Shown here piece after piece: positions 21,870-29,312 of a stretch of 64,000 nt of DNA. The position numbers were made by a program, and so were the translations under genes. The notes under the pieces were generated by a model. That model worked only from the letters and a program-made list of their open reading frames with translations, searched no databases and was not told the origin of the DNA. Numbering within the stretch: position 1 is the first letter of the stretch; each line of letters opens with the position of its first letter. Source of the stretch: Myxococcota bacterium (GTDB lineage: Bacteria; Myxococcota_A; UBA796; CAJQPC01). Location: NCBI GenBank assembly GCA_036229005.1, contig JAZAMN010000040.1, forward strand, positions 1 through 64,000. Reading direction: 5' to 3'.

Positions 21870-22637
21870 ATGCGCGCGCTCATCCTGGGAGCCTCCTCGG
21901 GCTTCGGTGCGGCCGCCGCGGTGGCCTTCGCCGAGGCCGGCTGGGACGTGGCCGGCGTTCACCTGGATCGCCGGGCCACCCTGCCCCAGGCGGAGGCCGT
22001 GGTCGCCAAGATCGAGGCGGCGGGTCAGCGCGCGGAGTTCTTCAACGTCAACGCGGCGGACGACGGCAAGCGCGCCGAGGTTTTGGAGGCCCTGGCGGCC
22101 TCCGGCGGCGGCGTCGACGTGCTGATGCACAGCCTGGCCTTTGGCAGCCTGCGCCCCTTCGTGGACCTGGAGGGCGGGCGCGAGCTCTCCTCCAAGCAGC
22201 TCACCATGACCATGGAGGTCATGGCCCACAGCCTGCTCTGGTGGTCCCGCGACCTGGTGCACAAGGGCCTGATGGGCCGCGGCGGGCGCATCTTCGCCAT
22301 GAGCTCCAGCGGCTCGCTCGCGGCCATGCCCCACTATGGCGCGGTCAGCGCCGCCAAGTGCGCCCTGGAGTCCCACATCCGGCAGCTCGCCGTGGAGCTG
22401 GCCCCCGCCGGCATCTGCGCGAACACCCTGATGGCCGGCGTCACGGACACCCCCGCCCTGCGCAAGATCCCCGGCCACGAGCAGCTCATGGAGCACGCCC
22501 TGGCCCGCAACCCCCAGGGCCGCCTGACCACGGTGGACGACCTGGCGGGGGCCATCGTCGCCCTCTCCTCCCCTGCCCTGGGCTGGATGACCGGAAACGT
22601 GCTCCGCATCGACGGCGGGGAGACCATCTCTGGCTGA
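21870..22637 (+). CDS. SDR oxidoreductase (enoyl-ACP reductase FabL/FabI-like)
   Basis: LILGASSGFG, YGAVSAAK, TDTPALRKIPG, WMTGNVLRIDGG. Confidence 0.85.
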   Translation: MRALILGASSGFGAAAAVAFAEAGWDVAGVHLDRRATLPQAEAVVAKIEAAGQRAEFFNVNAADDGKRAEVLEALAASGGGVDVLMHSLAFGSLRPFVDLEGGRELSSKQLTMTMEVMAHSLLWWSRDLVHKGLMGRGGRIFAMSSSGSLAAMPHYGAVSAAKCALESHIRQLAVELAPAGICANTLMAGVTDTPALRKIPGHEQLMEHALARNPQGRLTTVDDLAGAIVALSSPALGWMTGNVLRIDGGETISG

Positions 22638-22653
22638 GGCGCTCCAGCCCTCG

Positions 22654-23634
22654 GTGCGCAGCCTCCGCTGGCTGCTGCTCCCCCTGGGCCTGTGGGTGGG
22701 CCTGGACCTGTTCAGCTACACGCTGCCCCTGCTCTCCGCTCTCGTCGGGCCCGGGGCCGCCTGGCTGTGGGTCGCCCTGCTCGCGCTGATGGGCCCGCTC
22801 TGGTCGCTGCTCCTGCTGCGCACCGGCCACCACCTGCGCGCCTGGATGCCCGCCCACGCCCGCGCCCTGCAGGCCATCGCCGGGCTCTTCCTGGTGGGCT
22901 GCGTGGTCGCCGCGGCCCAGAGCTGGGGGGACATGGACGCGCTGATCCACAACCGGATCTTCCAGCTCGGACGCCAGCTCCAGGCCGCCGCCTCCTTCGG
23001 CGTGCTGGGTCTCATGCTGCGGCGAATCTCCCCGAGCGCGCCCCCCTGGCTGCCCCTGAGCAACGCGGTCCTCAACCTGCCCGGCGTGCTGCTGGTGCTG
23101 CTCCTGGGGGGCACCGGCGGCGCGGAGAAGTGGGCCTTTCTGGCAGGTATCTTCTGGGTGATCGGCCCGTCATTCGCGGGCGCGCTGAGCACCCTGGCCT
23201 TCCTCAAGGTGCTCTGGCCCTCCCCCGCCGAGCGCACGCTGCGGAGGGCCGCCGAGAAGACCAGCGCGCTGCAGCTCCGGGAGGACTGCCTGCCCGTCCG
23301 CATCCGCCACCGCGTCCCGTGCAAGGTGCCCTATGGACTGCGGGTGACCTCGCTGGAGGAGGGGGTGCCGTTGGGGAATCCCATCCTGGACCACCTCTTG
23401 GGGTTGGCCACGGTGTCTGTAGCAGACTCAGCCCGCTTGCTCTCCGCAAACGAGGACACCGTGTTGGGCTTGCTCCACCGCTTCCCGGAATCGCACCTGG
23501 AGCCTGACGCCGTGGTGTTCGAGGCCACCGCCGATCAGCTCATCAGCGAGAACGGCGAGGACTCCGTGCTGGACATGGTGGACCAGGGCATGCAGGCTGC
23601 GGAGCGCCTGGCCAGGGTGCTGGAGGACGGGTGA
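22654..23634 (+). CDS. Array paralog 1: multi-TM N-terminus plus conserved C-terminal soluble module
   Basis: About 6 hydrophobic segments, then RVPCKVPYGLRVTSLEEGVPLGNPILDHLLGL...FEATA. Confidence 0.85.
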   Translation: MRSLRWLLLPLGLWVGLDLFSYTLPLLSALVGPGAAWLWVALLALMGPLWSLLLLRTGHHLRAWMPAHARALQAIAGLFLVGCVVAAAQSWGDMDALIHNRIFQLGRQLQAAASFGVLGLMLRRISPSAPPWLPLSNAVLNLPGVLLVLLLGGTGGAEKWAFLAGIFWVIGPSFAGALSTLAFLKVLWPSPAERTLRRAAEKTSALQLREDCLPVRIRHRVPCKVPYGLRVTSLEEGVPLGNPILDHLLGLATVSVADSARLLSANEDTVLGLLHRFPESHLEPDAVVFEATADQLISENGEDSVLDMVDQGMQAAERLARVLEDG

Positions 23635-24653
23635 CACGCTGGGGACCGGTCAGGCGAACGCGGTGGGCCCACATGGCGCTCACGCTGTTCTGGTGCCTGA
23701 GCAACGTCTTCCTGCTGGGTCAACTCGCGAGCGCCACGGAGCACCCCGCCCCCACGGTCGGCTGGTTCCTGGCCCTGTCGCTCCCTTGGCTGTCCTGGCT
23801 CTTCTTGCTCCTGGCCGGGCTGCTGCCCTGGAGCCTGCTCCACCAGCCCCGCATGGCGCGGGCCTACGGAGGGCTCGCCGCTCTGAGCGTGGTGGGGATG
23901 GGCGCGCTCCTGGTGGCGAGTCCGTCGCTGCTGGTGGGCGTCGGCCTGAGCGCCTGGCTGAGCGTCGTGATCGCGGGGCTGAGCTTCTTCGTGTTCGGCC
24001 TCAAGGCGGCGGAGCTCCGCGGGCGCGCGTGGGTGCTTCCTTCGGCGCTTGCGCTGCTGCTCTCGCTGGCGTCGGCCGCAGTCGGCGCGATGACATGGAT
24101 GCCGGAGTGGCTCCCGGATTGGGCGCTGCACTCTCCCCTGTACAGCCCCTACATGCCTGTGTCCCTGGGCCTTCTGGGCAGCCTCGCCGCCGGGTTGCTC
24201 CACTCAGGCGCGGTGATGGCCGCGCTCTTCCCCACCCGCGCAGAGGTGGCCCTGCGGAAGGCGGTCGAGCAGAACAGCGCGCTGGAGCTCCTGGAAGACC
24301 AGGTCCCGGTGCGGGTGCGTCTCCGCGTCCCGTGCAAGGTGCCCTACGGACTGCGGGTGACCTCGCTGGAGGAGGGGGTGCCGTTGGGGAATCCCATCCT
24401 GGACCACCTCTTGGGGTTGGCCACGGTGTCTCCAGCAGACTCAGCCCGCTTGCTCTCCGCAAACGAGGACACCGTGTTGGGCTTGCTCCACCGCTTCCCG
24501 GAATCGCACCTGGAGCCGGACGCGGTGGTGTTCGAGGCCACCGCCGACCGGCTTCTGTCTGAGGCGGGGCGGGGCTCCGTGCAGGAAGTGGTGGACCAGG
24601 GATGCCAAGCAGCGGAGCGCCTGGCCAGGCTGCTGGCGGAGGAGGAGCCTTGA
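23631..24653 (+). CDS. Array paralog 2
   Basis: GTGA overlap with paralog 1; different TM region, same C-terminal module. Confidence 0.85.
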   Translation: MTRWGPVRRTRWAHMALTLFWCLSNVFLLGQLASATEHPAPTVGWFLALSLPWLSWLFLLLAGLLPWSLLHQPRMARAYGGLAALSVVGMGALLVASPSLLVGVGLSAWLSVVIAGLSFFVFGLKAAELRGRAWVLPSALALLLSLASAAVGAMTWMPEWLPDWALHSPLYSPYMPVSLGLLGSLAAGLLHSGAVMAALFPTRAEVALRKAVEQNSALELLEDQVPVRVRLRVPCKVPYGLRVTSLEEGVPLGNPILDHLLGLATVSPADSARLLSANEDTVLGLLHRFPESHLEPDAVVFEATADRLLSEAGRGSVQEVVDQGCQAAERLARLLAEEEP

Positions 24654-25672
24654 ACCAGGGACTGCGACGACTGCGGAGGGTGGTCCGGGGCGCTGCGCTT
24701 GCACGCCTCGGCCTGCTGAGTCTCGGGTTGCTGTTGGTGCTGGTCCGGGCGCTGCCCGAACTCTCCGAGACCGCGCTCGCGGCGGCGCCAGCGGTGCTCT
24801 GGCCTGTGCTCACCCTGGCAGGCGCGGCCGCGCTGTGGCGAGACCAGCGATGGCCTGCTGCGCTGGGGGGCGCTCTGGGGCTGGCGGGAGTGGCGTTGAC
24901 GGCGAAGGCCTACACCAGCGGAAGCGTTCCCCTGCTGGTCAGCGCCCAGCTCGCCTACCTGACCCCTGTGCTCTACGCCGGCAGCGCCTTTGTCCTGCAG
25001 CTCGCCGCGAGGCGCTTCATCCCCCGCGTCAACGCCTGGTCGGCGCTGGGCGTGGCGCTCTACCCAGTGGCCTCGCTGGTGTTGTTCGGAGGCCTGATCT
25101 TCAACGAGCTGCGCCCGGTCCCCACGCCCGCCGTGACCGCCCTGAGCCTCCTCGCCGTGGCGGTCTGTGACGCCCTGGTCTACCTCCCCTTGGTCAAGGC
25201 GCTGCTGCCTGGCTGGGCCGAGCGCAGCCTACGAGAGGCCACCCTGCCCCCTGGCGTCGAGCTCCTGGAAGACCAGGTCCCGGTGCGAGTGCGCCACCGC
25301 GTCCCGTGCAAGGTGCCCTACGGACTGCGGGTGACCTCGCTGGAGGAGGGGGTGCCGTTGGGGAACCCCATCCTGGACCACCTCTTGGGGTTGGCCACGG
25401 TGTCTGTAGCAGACTCAGCCCGCTTGCTCTCCGCAAACGAGGACAGCGTGTTGGGCTTGCTCCACCGCTTCCCGGAATCGCACCTGGAGCCGGACGCGGT
25501 GGTGTTCGAGGCCACCGCGGAGCAGCTCGTGTGCGAAGGGGGGACCCAGCGGGCGCTGGAGGAGGGCGTGGCAGCCGCGGAGGCGCTCGCGGAGCTGTTT
25601 CGGAGGTCGGAGGCGGAGGAAGCCGGAGCATCGGCGCCTGAATGCCCGCCAGCAGGGGGCATCGAGACTTGA
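24650..25672 (+). CDS. Array paralog 3
   Basis: TTG 24650 overlaps paralog 2 stop, GGAGG RBS; same module; stop codon lies within a 31-bp repeat. Confidence 0.85.
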   Translation: MNQGLRRLRRVVRGAALARLGLLSLGLLLVLVRALPELSETALAAAPAVLWPVLTLAGAAALWRDQRWPAALGGALGLAGVALTAKAYTSGSVPLLVSAQLAYLTPVLYAGSAFVLQLAARRFIPRVNAWSALGVALYPVASLVLFGGLIFNELRPVPTPAVTALSLLAVAVCDALVYLPLVKALLPGWAERSLREATLPPGVELLEDQVPVRVRHRVPCKVPYGLRVTSLEEGVPLGNPILDHLLGLATVSVADSARLLSANEDSVLGLLHRFPESHLEPDAVVFEATAEQLVCEGGTQRALEEGVAAAEALAELFRRSEAEEAGASAPECPPAGGIET

Positions 25673-25902
25673 ACGCCCGCCGGCAGGGAGCATCGGGACT
25701 TGAACGCCCGCAGGAAGGGGGCATTGGGACCTGAACGCCCGATTCTGAGCCCTGTGTGAGCAGAAGAGGGTCGATCTGGAGCCAAACGCGGGCGTTCGAC
25801 CCTGGATGCCCCCGAGAGGCGGGCGTTCGACCCTGGATGCCCCCGAGAAGCGGGCGTTCGACCTTGGATGCCCCGGAGTGACGCGCGTTCGACCCTGGAT
25901 GC
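25628..25902. repeat. Bipartite inverted 31-bp-period repeat array (4 forward, 49 bp gap, 4 reverse)
   Basis: GCAT(C/T)-N7-GAA(C/T)GCCC at 25628, 25659, 25690, 25721; G(G/C)GCGTTC-N7-GATGC at 25790, 25821, 25852, 25883. Confidence 0.95.
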
Positions 25903-25964
25903 CTCCGAATGAGGGCCTCCTTCGCGCGCCCACAGGGCACGTTAGCCTTCCCGCGGAGGCCACG

Positions 25965-26495
25965 TTGCTCCAGGTCCTGCCCCTCTCCGTCGCGCTCGCA
26001 GCGGATGCAATGGCCGTCACCGCCAGCATCTCGGGAGCTGAGTCCGGGCGCGCGCTCGTTTGGCGAGCGGCGCTGGTGTTCGGCGTCTTTCAGGCCGGCA
26101 TGGCGGCGCTGGGGGCGGTGGGCGGCGTCTGGCTCTCCACCTTGGTGGGCGCCGGCCTGTCCTGGGTGGCCTGCGTGGTGCTCGTAGCCCTGGGGCTGCG
26201 CATGATCGTGGGCGCAGACGACGAAGACACCGACGCCGAGTTGTCCTGGACCGCCCTGCTCGCGCTGGGGGTCGCGACCAGCGTGGACGCCCTGGCGGCC
26301 GGGGTGAGCCTGCCGGCCTTCTCCACGCCGATCTGGGTCTCCGTGCTGAGCATCGGCGGGGTGACGACGGCGCTGTCTGCAGGCGCCGGGCTGGGCGGCC
26401 ACCTGCTGGGAGAGCGCTTTGGGCTGGTGGTTCAGCGACTGGGGGGCGCTGTGCTGATCCTCCTCGGCGTCTCGGCAGTCTGGGGGTTGGAGTGA
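25965..26495 (+). CDS. mntP: Manganese efflux pump MntP family
   Basis: SVALAADAMAV, FGVFQAGM, LGVATSVDALAAGVS, LGGAVLILLG; TTG with GGAGG RBS. Confidence 0.85.
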   Translation: MLQVLPLSVALAADAMAVTASISGAESGRALVWRAALVFGVFQAGMAALGAVGGVWLSTLVGAGLSWVACVVLVALGLRMIVGADDEDTDAELSWTALLALGVATSVDALAAGVSLPAFSTPIWVSVLSIGGVTTALSAGAGLGGHLLGERFGLVVQRLGGAVLILLGVSAVWGLE

Positions 26496-27451
26496 GCACA
26501 CCGCTTGAGCACACCCGCGCACAGCACCTCCGCCGAGCGCTGCTTCCCCTGGGCATCCTGGGCTTCGGTCATGGCGTGCTGGGCCTCTGCGGGCTGAACG
26601 TGAAGTGGTTCCCGGAGTCGGTGGCGCTGTTGATGGCGCTGCTCCCCGTGAGCAGCCTGCTGCTGGTCTGGGCGGGACGCTGGGCCGAGCCGGGCTCCCC
26701 CAAGCACGGCCGCCAGCTCTGGAGGGTGACCCTCCCCTGGGTCTTCGCCGCCGTCGGGGCGAGCTTCATCAGCGGAGACGGTGTTCCCTCGGCCAGCTTC
26801 GCCATCTGCGTGATGGGCGTTGCCTCCGGCTCGTTGGCAATGTGCGGCTATGCCGTCGCCGATGCGGTAGGTCGGGGCTGGCTCCCCCTGGCGGTCCTCT
26901 ACTTCGTCACCGCCGCCCTGGGGCTGCTCGGGGCCGTGGTCCTGCCCGTCGATCCCCACCTGCGAGAGCGCCTGTTCTTCGCCGCCCTCAACGTGCCCGT
27001 GGCGCTGTTCGTCCTGGCCGCCGCCTTCATGCTCCGGCGTCGCCCCGGTGAGCGCGCACTCCTGGAGACCGCCAGGCCCGAAGGCGCCGAACTGCTGGGC
27101 GACGCCCTCCCCCTGCGAGTCCGCTACCGCGTTCCCTGCCAGGTGCCCTATGGACTGCGGGTGACCTCGCTGGAGGAGGGGGTACCACTGGGCAATCCCA
27201 TCCTGGACCACCTCTTGGGGCTCTCCACGGTGTCTCCAGCAGAGTCAGCCCGCTTGCTCTCCGACAGTGAGGACACCGTCCTGGGTCTGCTGCACCGCTT
27301 CCCGGACTCCCACCTGGAGGCGGACGCGGTGGTGTTCGAGGCGACGGCTGCGCAGCTAGCTGAGGCGGGGGACACGCAGCGGGCGCTGGAGGAGGGGGTG
27401 GCTTCGGCTGAAGCGCTGGCGGCTCTGCTCAAACAGGCCGATGGGGAGTGA
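26492..27451 (+). CDS. Array paralog 4
   Basis: GTGA overlap with mntP; TM region plus subtype-B module RVPCQVPYGLRVTS... Confidence 0.85.
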   Translation: MSTPLEHTRAQHLRRALLPLGILGFGHGVLGLCGLNVKWFPESVALLMALLPVSSLLLVWAGRWAEPGSPKHGRQLWRVTLPWVFAAVGASFISGDGVPSASFAICVMGVASGSLAMCGYAVADAVGRGWLPLAVLYFVTAALGLLGAVVLPVDPHLRERLFFAALNVPVALFVLAAAFMLRRRPGERALLETARPEGAELLGDALPLRVRYRVPCQVPYGLRVTSLEEGVPLGNPILDHLLGLSTVSPAESARLLSDSEDTVLGLLHRFPDSHLEADAVVFEATAAQLAEAGDTQRALEEGVASAEALAALLKQADGE

Positions 27452-28415
27452 GAGGGTCCCGGTGCAGCACCTCCGGCAGGCGATCGCGGTGCTGGGGTTC
27501 GCTTCGGTGCTGCATGTGGGGCTGGGGGTCTGGAGCCTCGTGCCGGGGAGTCTGGGGCCGGCGCGCGCGCTGCTGATCTCGACCCAGCCATTCTCTTCTC
27601 TCCTTGCCCTCTGGGCCGGATCCCGGCTGGTTGAGGGCTTCAAGCGCCACGGCCTGGCCCTCGGCAGGATGGCAGTACTCCACCTGTTCTGCGCACTGGC
27701 GCTCCTGAACCGACCTCCAGAGCAAGCCTTCTGGGGCCTGCTCATCGGGGGTGCTCTGCTGGCGGCGTGGACCATCGGGGTGCTCGGCAGCGCCCTTGGA
27801 GCGCTCCGAGGCCCAAGGTGGCTCTGGAGCATGGTCTCCTTCCCGGTGTTCTGGGCGACGGGACTCGGCGTGCTCGCCTTTGGGTCACTGCAAGCTGGAG
27901 CTGAGGCCGACCGCTGGCTGTACGCGCTCCCACCGGCTGCCCTGCTGGCCTCCTGGGGGCTCCTCTACGTCGGCGCCCGCCAGCAGCCAGGTGAACTGGC
28001 ACTCCTGGCGGCAACACTCCCCGAAGGCGCCGACCTCTTGGGCGACGCCCTCCCCCTGCGGGTCCGCTACCGCGTTCCCTGCCAGGTGCCCTATGGACTG
28101 CGGGTGACCTCGCTGGAGGAGGGGGTGCCTTTGGGCAATCCCATCCTGGACCACCTCTTGGGGCTCTCCACGGTGTCTCCAGCAGAGTCAGCCCGCTTGC
28201 TCTCCGACAGCGAGGACACCGTCCTGGGACTGCTGCACCGCTTCCCGGACTCCCACCTGGAGGCGGACGCAGTGGTGTTCGAGGCGACGGCTGCGCAGCT
28301 AGCTGAGGCGGGGGACACGCAGCGGGCGCTGGAGGAGGGGGTGGGTGCAGCGCAGGCGCTGGCGGAGCTGTTGGCGCAGGTTGGGAACACGCCAGACCAG
28401 GGCATCGACACCTGA
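27441..28415 (+). CDS. Array paralog 5
   Basis: Overlaps paralog 4 end; TM region plus subtype-B module; stop within the first 31-bp repeat. Confidence 0.85.
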   Translation: MGSERVPVQHLRQAIAVLGFASVLHVGLGVWSLVPGSLGPARALLISTQPFSSLLALWAGSRLVEGFKRHGLALGRMAVLHLFCALALLNRPPEQAFWGLLIGGALLAAWTIGVLGSALGALRGPRWLWSMVSFPVFWATGLGVLAFGSLQAGAEADRWLYALPPAALLASWGLLYVGARQQPGELALLAATLPEGADLLGDALPLRVRYRVPCQVPYGLRVTSLEEGVPLGNPILDHLLGLSTVSPAESARLLSDSEDTVLGLLHRFPDSHLEADAVVFEATAAQLAEAGDTQRALEEGVGAAQALAELLAQVGNTPDQGIDT

Positions 28416-28670
28416 ACGCCCGCGGCGGCGGAGCATCGACACCTGAACGCCCGCGGCGGCGGAGCATCGGCACCTGAACGCCCGCGGCGGCGGAGCATCG
28501 GCACCCCAACGCCCGCCGACGGAGCGCATCGGCACCTCAACGCCCGGAAATCGGCCCGAGCCCACCCCAGAGCGCCTGCCTCCCGGCCACAAGCCGGGCG
28601 TTCGACCCCGGATGCCCCCACAAGCCGGGCGTTCGCCCCCGGATGCCCCGGCAACCCGGGCCTATATGCC
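28402..28670. repeat. Second bipartite inverted 31-bp-period array (5 forward, 50 bp gap, 2 reverse plus 1 degenerate)
   Basis: GCATCG(A/G)CACC..AACGCCC at 28402, 28433, 28464, 28495, 28526; GGGCGTTCG..CCGGATGC at 28596 and 28627. Confidence 0.95.
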
Positions 28671-28681
28671 CCCGGAGACCC

Positions 28682-29209
28682 TCAGCCCTCGGTCGGAGGC
28701 GCCGGGTAGCTCTGGGGGTGCCAGTTGAAGGGGTAGATGCGGATGTGGCCGGCGAAGTGCCAGAGGTCCGCGCCCACGTCGGGCAGAACGAAGATGCCGG
28801 GCTTGTACTCCAGCACGATGTCGATGGGCACGGGCTGGATGTTGAACTCCAGGCCGAGCGTGCCGTGGATGGCGACGGCCAAATCGTTGTTGCCGACACC
28901 CAGGCTGGGGCCGAAGCCGATGTTCCAGCCGATCTCCAGGGGACCGTCCGACATCAGCGCCGGCATCTCGTAGAGGTAGTCGCCAGTGAAGCCCAGCCCA
29001 CCGTTGAAGCCGTAGGCGCCGACGACACCCTGCAGCGAGTGGGAGGGCGCGGCGAAGTACTTGATGGACAGGCCGTTGTGCCAGTACCCGCCTCCAACTC
29101 CGAGTCCAAGGTTGCCCCCGCTCCGGACCGGGGTCGCCGCCTCCGCAGCGCCAGGCGCCAGGAAGAGTGCGGTAGTGAGGGCGAAAAGGGAGACTCGGGC
29201 TGGGTTCAT
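28682..29209 (-). CDS. Small outer-membrane beta-barrel protein (DUF3996-like)
   Basis: Signal peptide; GNLGLGVGGG...GLSIKYF; LGLEFNIQPVPIDIVLEYKP; HIRIYPF. Confidence 0.7.
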   Translation of the reverse strand: MNPARVSLFALTTALFLAPGAAEAATPVRSGGNLGLGVGGGYWHNGLSIKYFAAPSHSLQGVVGAYGFNGGLGFTGDYLYEMPALMSDGPLEIGWNIGFGPSLGVGNNDLAVAIHGTLGLEFNIQPVPIDIVLEYKPGIFVLPDVGADLWHFAGHIRIYPFNWHPQSYPAPPTEG

Positions 29210-29312
29210 CAACACCTCGATGTGGGGTCTGGCGACGCTCGCGGGGCTTCTCCCCGGAGGTACAAACTTTGTATAGAGCGAGCCTGACAAAGTTGCACCC
29301 GAGCTGACAGAC

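Larger units (their letters stand above)
23311..28291 (+). repeat. Five dispersed copies of a 221-bp in-frame coding module (23311-23531, 24324-24544, 25298-25518, 27128-27348, 28071-28291)
   Basis: By eye, copy 1 differs from copies 2 and 3 at about 5 positions each; copies 4 and 5 are a second subtype, near-identical over ~300 bp. Confidence 0.95.

Noticed and set aside
23331..23528. Repeated small minus-strand ORFs (MASNTTASGSR...)
   Set aside because: They recur only because the plus-strand module is repeated; no RBS or independent coding signal
25806..25964. N-terminal extension of MntP in the ORF track
   Set aside because: It is a translation of the repeat array; a GGAGG RBS supports the TTG at 25965
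22654..28415. Paralog array as a diversity-generating retroelement or integron cassette array
   Set aside because: No reverse transcriptase or integrase in the window, differences are not adenine-specific, and genes overlap without attC-like sites between them
25628..28670. 31-bp arrays as CRISPR
   Set aside because: Units are contiguous with short similar linkers, have no unique 30-40 bp spacers, are arranged as inverted arms, and no cas genes are present
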